Assembly (NCBI GenBank): GCA_905331295.1
Contig: CAJNYD010000449.1
Coordinates: 186,001-250,000 of the forward strand
DNA from: Rotaria socialis
Lineage: Eukaryota
Length of the DNA: 64,000 bases
Direction of reading: 5' to 3'
The notes below the pieces were generated by a model. That model was not told the DNA's origin. It searched no databases and saw only the letters and a list, made by a program, of their open reading frames with translations. The position numbers and the translations under genes are program-made. Shown here one piece after another: positions 41,301-53,584 of the stretch (within the stretch, counting starts at the first letter, position 1; every line of letters begins with the position of its first letter).

Positions 41301-42112
41301 CGAATATTTCTCTCTCTTCCTTACCAAGCTAAAAATGCTGGACCAGTGAAATAATCATCTAATTCTGATTGACTAAAACCCATTTGTAGAAACACCTACA
41401 ATAAAATCCAGTAGGAAATATTCATTTGTTGACTTGCTTCCTTCAAAAATGAAATATTCACTTTACTAAAAATGTATTCCATTCCAGTTGTAGCATACAC
41501 TAAGTTGATTCCATTCATTGCCATCCAATCAATCTCTTTTTCCCATCTTTACATTCAAAAGCTAGATAAATTTATAGAAGGCTTCTACCGGAGAAATTTA
41601 CCTGGAAAAGTTCCAAAATACCGCTGAATAACTGAAAGTACATGGATTACCATACCAACGGAAAAAATCATTTGCGAGAATTCGAATCGGTGTAGACAAT
41701 GGAATCAATGATGATCCAGATAGGCGAATATTCTTGCCTGACCAATAAACTACACAAAACGTCGAGAATCGTGAAACAAAATGAAAATCAAAAAGTTTTT
41801 CATACATGAACTTTGTGCTACATATTTGAGATAGTAGTTGAATCCCATTGCAGCAGCTACACCCGATGATGCTGAAATAAGTATTGAGCCAGATGCAGAA
41901 CCATTCGAGAGTAGGAAAACATCTTTGCCATTGATTGCTAGATCAGCATTGATTGAAACTTGAAAAAGTTGAGCAACTGGAGCACCGTCAAGGACACGAT
42001 CGATCAAATCTGTGATTGCTTTTGCGGACGATGACGAAGCAATCGGTTTTGGCCATTGAATTACACTTTCAATTGCATAAGATTCTTAACAGCGATTAAA
42101 AAAATCCATCAT
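38303..42112 (-). CDS. NAGLU: Alpha-N-acetylglucosaminidase (GH89); 5' end unresolved
   Basis: About 18 exons splice in frame. Motifs: [126 protein letters not shown]. Confidence 0.92.
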
Positions 42113-43096
42113 CCATTTACTTGTGAATTATAGAAATTCTAATTTATTGAAGCATAGCACACCATATCGGAGCTCTATGATGAGTTTAGTCACGAAACTT
42201 CAGCATTCTTCATGGATTAGAATGGAGTAATTGTCTATGTTTTTTCTAGATACTTTGTATACATTTCTGAGTAAAAATTTATTTGCTGTCTACGTTCTTT
42301 TTTCTATTTAATTATGTTTTGGACAAATATTAATATCATCGCTTCAGTGAAAATCACACGATTTATTTGCATATATATATGTAACATTGAAGATAGACTC
42401 CTATGTATTTTCTTGTGAGGATATGAAATCTTCAGCGTCTATGTGGACATTATCTTATCGGATACAGCCTTATGTGTGCTCGCACGCCCAAAAGAACGAA
42501 TTTATATACAATGGCTATGTTGATATCACATAATAAAACATTAAAATCCGATCACGTATCAGTATTGGTCTGAATGAATTTTTATACGATATAAAAATAT
42601 CATAAATACATCAATACTTAGAATAGTTAAGTCTTTGTTTTTCTCTAAAGTAGCTTCAATAATTAATAATGAAAATATGCTTATTCAAATACTTCGATGC
42701 AATTGAAATTTAGAATGCCGATAGTTTAGCAACGAAACAAGATATTTTTTTCATACTTTGAATTGAAACCAATGCAACGCTTAGCTAAGTCACACTACGA
42801 TTTTAACATCGTTGAACATTTCTGAACAAAAACTGTTTTGAATCTATAGACTTACGATATAATAAGAATAGGACGACCACATATTGCAATATAGAACGCA
42901 TCATCATTATCTAGAGAGCACAGGTTTAGTTTATTCTTAGATTTTTTTCTTTGTCTCTGTGAAGATATGGAATAAAGATAAAAAGACACAAAGATCAACA
43001 AATAACAGAACAATGGCGAAAAAAAGTCTCAACAGTTTGATAATTTATGTCTAGGTTAAGAAACAAAAATGAACTGTTTATTTTATTTTTCTTTTA

Positions 43097-45634
43097 TTAT
43101 GTTCGTACAGCGTGAACAGTTTCTTCTTTATTAATTAAATGACATGTTTTATTAATAATTGTCATTAAAGAGTTGAGATTAACCGACCATTCATTAAGAA
43201 TTTCTTGTGGTGATTTATTTTGTTGAAATGTAACTATATCTTGAAGACGATCGATTTTAGCACTGATGGTTTTATTTGAAACAAGATTCGATAGAAATTG
43301 TTCAGCCTCATCCTTTGTTAAATCAAGTAATTCAGCCATTTTTTGTGTATGAACCCGTGTGTAATATTTAGCCATAATACGCATATTCTATTTAACAAGA
43401 AAAAACAAAATAAAATAATAATTTATTTCATAAAAAAAGCATTCAAATAATATTTACATGTTCAACGACACGAATTTTAAAATCGTCCCAGCTTTTTTTT
43501 CCATCTTCAGTTTTAGCAAAAACATTAGTTGCTAAATCATCTTTACTACCATTTTTAAGTTCATTTTCGAAATGTTTTAAAATATCTTTCCAATGAATCA
43601 GTTCTTGAGTTTTGAAACGTTGTAATAAATCTCTATTTGTTTTGATAACAAAAGGATAATTTAAAAGAAAAGAAAGAAAATAGTGGCTTACTTGTATTTA
43701 GGAACTTCTTCAAGATTTTTATCGAGAAATAAACGATGTAAAAAATCTGATTGCTCATTGTTATATGGTGATAAAGTTAAATAGAGAACAACATGTTTTA
43801 GTGCTTGTTTCATTTTTTCTGCATCTTGTTTTATACGTGGTGTATCATAATAATGCTTATAATGTTGACATACATCAAAGTAGTTTTTATCATGTAAATC
43901 CATCTCAATCATTAGTTCATAATATTTCAATTTTAAATCCTTAAGAAAAAAAACAATAACTTTTAATTCAGAATTCAAATAAACTTATGACTTGAGCAAA
44001 AACCTATATCGAAATCACGTGCAAGAGTCATTGGAATTCTTTCAAATATTTATCAATCAATTTAGGTTTATATTAAATATTTCTTTTTTTAAAGATGACT
44101 TTTATTTTTTTTTTTATTGATTATTCACACTGATATATATTTTCGACGCTAGATGATTCACGTGTCTATACAGCAGTCCTTTGATAGGTGTAACCATTGA
44201 AAAAACAACCGAAGAATTTTGAAAACGAATCAATTGTTATAGAGAATAATAAACAATTAATCTTTCGAATTAGGAAGTCAATCAGATTAGATATAATTTA
44301 TTAATGAAAATTTTCTTTGACTCAAAAGTAATTTTTCTATATGTCAATGGTGATTTCTGTAATGTTGAAAAAAATCCTGGCTCATTATCTTCTAACATAT
44401 CTCTAATTTTTTAAGGCATGATGTGCGTCTCAACACATTGAAAGCTCAAAATATATCTTGCACATATACAAGATACATTTTAACGTCGAAAACAAAACTA
44501 ATTGTTTTTGTGAATTCGATTGGTTTTTTTACTATACAACTAAGCTCAACAATAAATAATAGGGCTACCTTAAATACTAATAAGGCGAATTAATCTTAAA
44601 TTATTTTCAGAAAATATAATGAGTGAACTTCGAATTACTGGAATGAGAAAACTTGAACATATTAAAAAACAATACCATCTAATATTTTGTTAGAAATACA
44701 TGATATAGATTGATCGAATCATGCTAAACTACTTCAAATCTTACATGTGAAGTTTCATCTTCAAATGATTTAGTATTGATTTTTTTCGATATGATTTGTG
44801 TTCGAATATAATCCTTTTTAGCTAAACAAAGACGCATTTGTTCAAGTAAAAATTCAAGTTTTTCACGACGATCCATAGTTCCATAAGTTTCAACCTAAAC
44901 GGTAGATCATCCAAGAAAATCAGAGTATGTTTTCAATAAAATTATATGATTAAAATTACCTGCAGTTCTTGTAAAATTTCTGCTGCTTCTTTTGTTTTAC
45001 CTTGTCCTTCATAAATATCAGCTAATTTCTTTGTTAAACGAGCACGTTCATTTTCAACAAAGATCTCAAAAACAAAAAGGGTTTCATATTCAAAACTCTA
45101 ATTTTATAATAACACAAAGTTTACTTTGCCTGTTGTAACGCTACGAAGTGTTTCAATTAATTTAAGTTTTGTATCTAAATCTGGCGTTTTTTCCACAAGT
45201 TCATATGCTTCTTGGACCATTTTTGTAATAGCTTGTTTTAATTGACTGCGACGTTTTGATAGTGTGACAATATGTTCATTCATTTGTTCCCATTGCTTTC
45301 CTGCATAACAGTATTTAATTATAGCTACAAGAACACGCCCAGTTGAAATAGCATCAGCCGCCTAAAATAGTTAGTCACAAAAAAAAAAATATATATATAA
45401 ATACGAAAAAGCTTCTTCCGTCAGAATTTCATACTGTTCGAGTTTGTTTTTCAAGCGGTAACAAACGTTCAAGAGCTTCGTTCAATTTTGATGCATCCTA
45501 AATTAACATTCGTTGTTGAGTGAAAAAAAAATAATTTTATTTACTTTCATTAATTCATCACATTCTTTGAGTTTTTGATCAACAACAGATGAATAATCAA
45601 TTTCCATTTTAACAAGTCGATCGGGTTCAGCCAT
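43097..45634 (-). CDS. PSMD12: 26S proteasome non-ATPase regulatory subunit 12 (Rpn5)
   Basis: [19 protein letters not shown]..., [63 protein letters not shown], and a PCI C-terminus [25 protein letters not shown]. Confidence 0.96.
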
Positions 45635-47024
45635 AATTAATTTTATTACTACTTGTAGATCTAAAAACAAAAAGGAAATATGTTGCTTGTTAGATTAGCC
45701 ACAACGAAATTGTTTTGAATCATCAAGTTCGTGCAATATGAAGGAAAGAAAAGGGAGTGTGTGATTGGATAAACCTATTTACCAGTGTAGCACGCAGCAA
45801 CTAAACAATAAATAGAGAGCCATCTACAAAAACAATTGAACAGTAGACATGGCTGCCGTAGCAACCAATCACACAATTACATGCGAATATATTCTCAAAA
45901 CTTTATTAGCTAAAAATATTCTATGTTCATAAATTAGAAATATTCGATCATAAACCTTTTTCTATAAATTATTTATTATTTCAGTGAATTTAGAAAAAAA
46001 GAAGCTTGAACCATAGAAATTTCATACATACAAGTTTTATTTACTTTCATCATAGCTTTACATTTATTGGTGTAATTTATATTTTGCATAAAGCGCGCAA
46101 ATGAGAGCGCTGTAATAAATTTGATTAAAGTCAGCTGGTTCCCTGTAATCTATCGTAGGAAGTTGAAGAGGAGAAAATCTACGAATAACTATTCGCGATG
46201 AAAGCTCACCATACACTAATAGAAACTGTTATTCACGTTTCTCTTGAAATAAACTAGTTTTTCTCAAGATATCCAATGTCTAACTAACAGACGCCGTAGA
46301 GTTTATAAAGTTATGTCGCCAGTAAACATTGTAGAATCACAAAAGTGCTCAAGCGATATTTTTCCTATACGAAAGACATTGAAAAACCAATAACAAAATA
46401 TTATCATACTGATAGTATTTGAATATTCAGCGAACGAGTGTCATGATAAAAATGTAACAATTAACAAAAAGTTGAATTTATTCCAATAATTTCATCGCTT
46501 TTACTTTATTTTCAAATGTTCATTCAGATTATTTTTATTCTTTTCATATAATTTTAATGAGAATAACAAAGAAAGAAATCGTGAAGTTCATTTGTGGGAT
46601 CGATGTACCAAAATTAAATATCCCGATTTGATGTGTAAACTGTCTGAGCTTTACGAACAAGAATCATACCCATTCTTGACTATTGCTTCCAATCTAAGGA
46701 GCAAATGCATGTTACCATACTAATATTGTTTTCGACATACAACAGAAATTGACTTGCATGCTGTCTGTGATCACGTCTAGACTGCGTGTCCATCCACTAT
46801 GTTTTCCATCAAGCAAATATTATACAAACTGTTAAGAGATGTGACATACAATATTTTTATTAGGCTGCTATGATGTCAAGATACATTATGCGCATCTGCT
46901 GTTCAAGAGACAAAAGAAAAACCATAAACAAATACATGTTTCTCTCATAAAAATAGCTGAATTCATAATAGAATAACTTAGTATCTACACTGAGAGTACG
47001 ACTACATTCATAGCTGCTTTAACA

Positions 47025-48336
47025 ATGAACTCCATTCGAATTTTATTCGTAGTCATGCTACTAATTATGTCGAGCAATGGCTTATTATATGACAAAAACG
47101 AAGTCAACTCTGTTGGCGAGCTCCGGGTCTTAAAAAGAACTAAAATCTATTCAAATCTTGCTGAAATTGTCCAACCATTTGGGAAACTACCACTTGAGTT
47201 CTCAACTGAAGATTGGAGTCACCTTCGTGCCGATTCAATAACATTAGTTGGCTCGAATCTTACAATAACACAACAAACAATAACCGAAAAGAAAAAATCG
47301 CTGAACAAGGTTCACGTTTATCTTCGCTCACAACCATCTTCCAACGCTGATAAAGAACTTATCAAAGCAACTGCCGTTGATGAAAAAAGAAACCTATTGA
47401 ACGTTATTGATGAAAAAGTTAGCAAACGACCAATCTTCTTTACAGCTCAATCAGACCATCTTGTTTACGAAAATGAACCACCTCAAACAAAGTACTATGT
47501 TAACTTTGCATATGACACAACAGATGCAATATATTTGAGTTATCTTCGTTCAAATCTTAAATGGAAAACTCGTATCTCTGATTTTTATGGCTGATATTCA
47601 GAATGATGGCGAATCGAAAGTTGATATCGAAAATGCAGAGCTTTTAGGTGGTGACATCAACTTGCAGATGTATCAACGATCATCAGCGGCATATTTTACG
47701 CTGGCAAATTTAGAAGATATGCTTTGAGGTACGAATCCGCGGCTAAAAAGAAGACAGGTGACGTAATCACCATCGATTATACAAAGTGAACAAGCTGCCG
47801 GTGTGCATGTATTTACTATCAATAAACCATTTTCGATTGATGCTAAAACAAATTATCTTTTATCAATGTTTCTTTCACAAGCGCCTATTATCAATCGATA
47901 TAATTTTATTTCAAAGTTTTTCCGTGGTCCTGGAAATTCAACTGGGAAGAGTAAACTTTTATATCGTCTTGTTGGTGAAACATCAATACTAGATCTTGCT
48001 GCCAAAAATAGACATTATTTTTCAATTGGTGAACATGCTGATAAGATTTATCAAGAAAACGAGGCATTAGTCACTTCATATTATTTCAATGTAACAACTT
48101 CAGTCTATGGTATAAGACAATCACTAGCATATTCTACTCACGAAATTAGTTTACTACTGAAAAATGGCAAGAATCGTCTAGTTAAAATTGAACACCATCA
48201 GTATCTACAGGGTAAATTTGTGAGATTGCTTAAATTAAATGCGCTTTTTACACTTGAAAGATGCACAATAAAATATACAACGACAATTATATTGAATGAA
48301 AAAAACAATTTAGTTTATAAATTTGTAACAAACTGA
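47025..48336 (+). pseudogene. Disrupted paralogue of the adjacent secreted DUF4139-like gene
   Basis: Colinear with 49354..50760 (shared KIYSNLAEI, ITQQTITEKKKSLN, YLSYLRSNL, AELLGGDINLQM). It has a frameshifting deletion near 47575, a stop near 47725 and a 57-nt deletion near 47970. Confidence 0.85.
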
Positions 48337-49353
48337 TTTCATTAAATAAAATATTCATCATTATCGATAGACTTCTTATTTCTTATAAATTTTAACTTGT
48401 AGTTTATAAAGTAGTTTGCTTAAGAGAACATACATAAAAAAAGGCTGATTTCTATTCAAATAAAATACTTAAATATACAGATAATAAAGATGATGTTTTA
48501 GCTTTGCTTTCATAAGAAAACAAAATCACTGCATTTTCTGATGTAAATAAAATAAAGCTATATTATTCAGAAGATTTATTACAGGTTTGAATGCGATTAA
48601 CTTGAATATGTCTACAATATCGTACTAAGATATTCAATCCAGTTTAAATCATAGATGAACATTAAAAAAATGCTTTATCCCGTAAAAAATAATCAATGTG
48701 ATTAAAAGAGGTTCCCTTTTCTGCTATAATTCTCTATAAACAGAAAAACAAATTCTATATTCAATCATTCCTTATCTACAGTGTTGTCTTCTTTTTTTTT
48801 TCAAGAGGTAAGGTTGATCGATTACATATAGTACATCATAATAAAATAATCTATAACTTTATCGTTTCTCAAAAATGTTTCGGTACAATATCGATCTTTG
48901 TGTGTGCTGCAACAAAATTTTTGCTTTTTGTAGAAATACACTTATATGTGAGTATTTTACCCTTCAAGCATATTCATGAAAGATTGATAACGCTTTCCCT
49001 GTAGGGGGGACATGAATGTTTTCTTGAGAATGATATCACTGTTGCAATATAACAGATGAAGTGTTGAAGTTATCTGAAAAGGAATGTTCTTTACTATTGG
49101 GGTCACAATTTGACCGCTCCATCAAATATCAATTTAGCCGCTTGATACATCAACACCATACATACAGTGTCTATTTCTTTCCCTCCGCCGAACTTATCAT
49201 GATGATAAAAGTAATCTATCATCGAACTAAATCATAAAAGAGAACGGGCAAACTTTTATACATTTCTACCCTTTTTCTGCCACATATAAACGATCGTATC
49301 GGATACTATCTTGCAGTTATAACATAGAAAATCAGTCTACTATTCATTTGAAT

Positions 49354-50760
49354 ATGAAATCTTTCTTAATTTTCTGCTTATTAGCTGTAGATACTTTAAG
49401 TATCAATGGTTTCTTACTTGATAAAAAGAAATCAGTTTCTACTGGCGACCTTCGTGCTTTAACAATAGTTAAAATCTATTCAAATCTTGCTGAAATTATT
49501 CAACCACTTGGTAAATTACCACTTGAATTCTCAACTGATGATTGGAATGATATTCGTGCCGATTCAGTAACATTAGTTGGCTCGAATCTTACAATAACAC
49601 AACAAACAATTACCGAAAAGAAAAAATCACTTAACAATGCTCAAGTTTATGTTCGTGCACCATCATCGTCAAGTACTAAAACAGAATTTATTAAAGCAAC
49701 TCTCGTTGATGAAAAAAGAAACTTAGTTAAAATCATTGATAAAGATGTTAGCAAAGATCCAATCTTCTTTACAGCTCAATCAGATCATATTGTTTACGAA
49801 AATGATCCACCTCAAACAAAGTACTATGTTAACTTTACATATGACACAACAGATGCCGTATATTTGAGTTATCTTCGTTCAAATCTCAACTGGAAAACCC
49901 GTTATCAATTGAATCTATTCGAAGAATCAAAGCCGGTAACACTCATTTCAATGGCTGATATTCGAAATGATGGCGAATCGAAAATTGATATTGAAAATGC
50001 AGAACTTTTAGGTGGTGACATCAACTTACAGATGCATGCAACACATAGATTCCAGTATGCTCAAGTGGCCTATTCAAGTGCGTCTTTTGATGCAGCATCC
50101 GGACCAGCTGGTCCTGCAGGTTCCACAAATAAACTATCTGTTGGGCAAGGAGAAGAAGTAGCCGGTTTATATGTGTTTACTATCAATCAGCCGTTTTCTA
50201 TTGAAGCTAAAACAAATTATCTTGTACCAATGTTTCGTCCACGAGTGACTGTTGAACGATATAATTCGATTTCAAAATATTTCACTGTTGCAGGAAACTC
50301 AACCGGAAAAGGCGAACGTTCATATCGTCTTGTATCTGATCGATTTCTTTCAGGTGGTAATTGTGTTATACGTGAATTTGATCGCCTTGTTGGTGAAACA
50401 ACATTACCTGATATTGCTGCCAAAAGCAAACATGATTTCTCAATTGGTCAAGATGCTGATATAGTTTATAAAGAAAATGTAGTATTAATTTCTACATTTA
50501 GTTCCAATATATCAACTTCAATTTATGGTGCAAGACAAACAAGAACACAATCTACCTACGATATCAATTTAACATTGAAAAATTACAAGAAGAATCGCCC
50601 AGCTAAAGTTGAATATCAACAACAATTCACTGGTCAAACAGTTAAATTATTTAAGCCTAATGCAGTTTTCACACAAGACGGCTCAACAGTCAAAGCCACA
50701 TTTACATTAGCAGCTGACGAAGAAAAGTCCGTTACATACAAGATTGAAGTAGTCAACTAG
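49354..50760 (+). CDS. Intronless secreted protein, DUF4139-like (short bacterial-type architecture)
   Basis: Single-exon ORF with first ATG at 49354 (the track starts at TTG 49348). Signal peptide MKSFLIFCLLAVDTLS. Beta-rich motifs KIYSNLAE, LSYLRSNLNWKTRYQL, ADIRNDG...AELLGGD, RLVGETTLPD and FTLAADEEKSVTYKIEV resemble DUF4139 proteins. The family call is from recognition, not a search. Confidence 0.7.
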   Translation: MKSFLIFCLLAVDTLSINGFLLDKKKSVSTGDLRALTIVKIYSNLAEIIQPLGKLPLEFSTDDWNDIRADSVTLVGSNLTITQQTITEKKKSLNNAQVYVRAPSSSSTKTEFIKATLVDEKRNLVKIIDKDVSKDPIFFTAQSDHIVYENDPPQTKYYVNFTYDTTDAVYLSYLRSNLNWKTRYQLNLFEESKPVTLISMADIRNDGESKIDIENAELLGGDINLQMHATHRFQYAQVAYSSASFDAASGPAGPAGSTNKLSVGQGEEVAGLYVFTINQPFSIEAKTNYLVPMFRPRVTVERYNSISKYFTVAGNSTGKGERSYRLVSDRFLSGGNCVIREFDRLVGETTLPDIAAKSKHDFSIGQDADIVYKENVVLISTFSSNISTSIYGARQTRTQSTYDINLTLKNYKKNRPAKVEYQQQFTGQTVKLFKPNAVFTQDGSTVKATFTLAADEEKSVTYKIEVVN

Positions 50761-52264
50761 CTTGAAACAAACTCATTTCTTTTTTAATCTACTATATAAC
50801 GATCATTTTTATTCAATAAATTAGCTAGTGATTTAGATACAAACTCGATCTAATTACAAGTCAACCGTAGATTGAGAAAGCCTCTTGAAATAGTTTAGAA
50901 TTTGCTAGGAAAAACATATTTTGTACTATACATGATAGAATGGTTGATATAATAAAATTCTTGTAGTATATATTATCAATTTTTATTTTTCATTTTGAAA
51001 GAACATAACATATTGAAAAGCATTTTGAAGAGTTTATTATTTCTTAAAATTATCAATATGTACATTTTACAGAGTGCCGTAATAGATTTTTCTAACCCAC
51101 GCCCAACATTTTGTTTTTATTGAATCTCCTATACACACAACGAGAGCCATGGGGACACTGCATTTTCTAGTATATTTAAATTGAACACGAACTGCAGTGT
51201 GGTATATAAATATTGTATTAGAAAAATAGGTGAGATTTTACTTTAGTACAATATAAAGTTCAAACTGTTGCTTATTCCAAAGTAAAACAGTAATCGGTTC
51301 TTTTTTGGAATAACTTTTGATTTAAAAATGGAATATAAATATACGGTCCTCAGCATATGACAGCGAAGATTACGTGGTATGGACCGTTAAATTTATTACT
51401 GTTCTTCAAAACCTTGACTAGGATTTTGGATCGTACTTTTAAAAGAGTTCGTTGTTTTTAAAGATTAGAAAGGTCACTCAATCTTCGTTTTCGAATGGTG
51501 AGACCCACAGGTCTGCAGCTTTTTTTATCACAAGTTATTCTGAAAAGATGAACTTTTTTGGTTTTTTCAATAAACAACAGATAGAGATTTATATTGTAGT
51601 AAAGAAAAATATCATCTATTTTTCTAATACAATTATGAGACTTCATAGCGTGCTTCCATTGACGTTTTACATGCCAAAAGAATTTACTCCGATACGGAAA
51701 CTTTAATGCAATGTTGTATATTAATTGTATAAACAATATCAAATATCTGAAATACAGATCTTTATAAATTCTTGATTATAATTATATCATCCTCAAGATT
51801 ATATGAAGACGTATAGGTTTTGATTTATCTCTTTTGTTTCTTGTTTCGTACATGTTTTAATAAGTTTTTTTTGTTTTTCCTTTGTCCGAATCAAAGAAAG
51901 AAATCAACAGAAAGACACAAATGACAACAAAAAGAAAAACCAAAGAGTATCATCAACACATAAGCAACATCAATATGTTCAATGACAAAAGAAGAACAGT
52001 CGACTAAATACATAAGTCTCTATTAGAACAGGAAAGAAAAAAAGGAGTACATTGTCATCAGAAAAACAAACAAACAAATACCGGGGACTTGACGAGATAA
52101 AATACGATGAGAGAAATAATAAATAGAGCTGAGTGAATTTTTGTTAGTTCCCTATCACATAATTGAATATATTCCTCTTTTGTTCGAGGTGCAATCTAAA
52201 TCTATACACTTTCTTATTTATATGTACATTCTCTCAATTGATAGTCCCTTTCTCTCTCTCTTTT

Positions 52265-53584
52265 TCAATTGGCAACATTAATTCCATTTTCAAGCGTGCT
52301 AGTCCTTTTCAGATGCTCACTATTATTATTATTATTATTATTATTAGTAGTAGTAGTAGTAGTAGTACTGTTCGTTGATGTCGATGTCAATATACTAGAT
52401 TCGACATCCATCGTCTCATTTGATGACAATGGTGCTAGTGGTGGCGAATGTGTTTCATCTACATCATATAAATTAGTTGATGTTTTTAATTTATTTGTAG
52501 TGGCAACATTTTGTGTAGTCCTATTGGATGAATGTGATCGTTTCTGTGACAATTTATTGCTATTTGTCATTGTAGAAGCAATAGATGATGAATCTGTATG
52601 ATTACTGCCATTTGGTGTATTTAAAGTTTTAGTTGTTGATGGACAGCTACTTTTTAATCGAGCATTTTCTTCATTCAATAAAGTTATTTGTTGATGAGAA
52701 TCAGTTAATTGTTGACGCATATGAAGTAATATGCTTGACATAGCATCCATATTTGTATCCATATCTAACACAATGTCTTCATAGTCTATGCAGAAAACGA
52801 AACAAAAAAATCAATTGAAATGTCTTGAAGAAAAAAAACTCTGATTACCTTTTTGTGCATCTTTCATATTTAATAAAAGTTGATTTTGTAAAGATACTTC
52901 GCCTTCCAATTTAGCGACATTATCCGATGAAACTATTTTCCCCAGTTGTTCATTTTCTTCGAGTAATTTTTTACATCGTGCCATGAGCATCTTACCAGTT
53001 TTACTACAAAATAATCATATAAATGAATTCTTTTGACAAGAAATATATACCTATCTGGTGTGAATTGCCATGAATGTAATTCTTTTTGTGCTTCTTCACG
53101 AGCTTTACGGCTATGTTCAATTTCGTCACGCATTTTTCCATAAATAAGATTAATTGATGGATCTAAATATGTTTGTCGAAGACGACTGAATGATGGTGTT
53201 TGCATCATATCTCGCATTTGATCCTATGGAATAGACAAAAAAAATAGTCAAACATCTATTTTATTCCTATGCTCTGTTTTATTTTCATACCAATGATTGC
53301 TGTTGAGTTGTTTTAGTTAAAAATCGATAATTCAACATAGATTTCAATTTTTTACATTCAGTTTCTTTTTCTCGTAAACGTTCATTCGATTCAATAGATT
53401 GTTGTAGCTGCTGTAAGCGTGATTCTAAATAATCAATATATGAATCTTGTTCTTTCCAACGTTCCAGTAGACGGGATCGTGGTGCTTTGTCAATCCAATC
53501 TTCACTTTCAAGCCGCACTCGTTTTGGTGTATTTGTTGTTGATGTTATGGTATTGGAATTACTTATATTATTAGTTATGTCCAT
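52265..53584 (-). CDS. WTAP: Pre-mRNA splicing regulator / m6A writer complex subunit WTAP (fl(2)d)
   Basis: Exons 53584-53291, 53223-53051, 53003-52849 and 52785-52265. They give PKRVRL...LLERWKEQDSYIDYLE...LRQTYLDPSINL...ELHSWQFTPDSKTGKMLMARCKKLLEENEQLGK...VAKLEGEVSLQ. Confidence 0.92.

Noticed and set aside
48800..48813. CAAGAG|GTAAGG resembling the 3' end of the rotifer spliced leader plus donor
   Set aside because: The upstream bases are a poly-T run and do not match the rest of the leader as I recall it. I saw no convincing SL RNA structure.
51068..51110. TACAGAGTGCCG, resembling a mariner TIR start
   Set aside because: I found no matching inverted partner or transposase remnant nearby.
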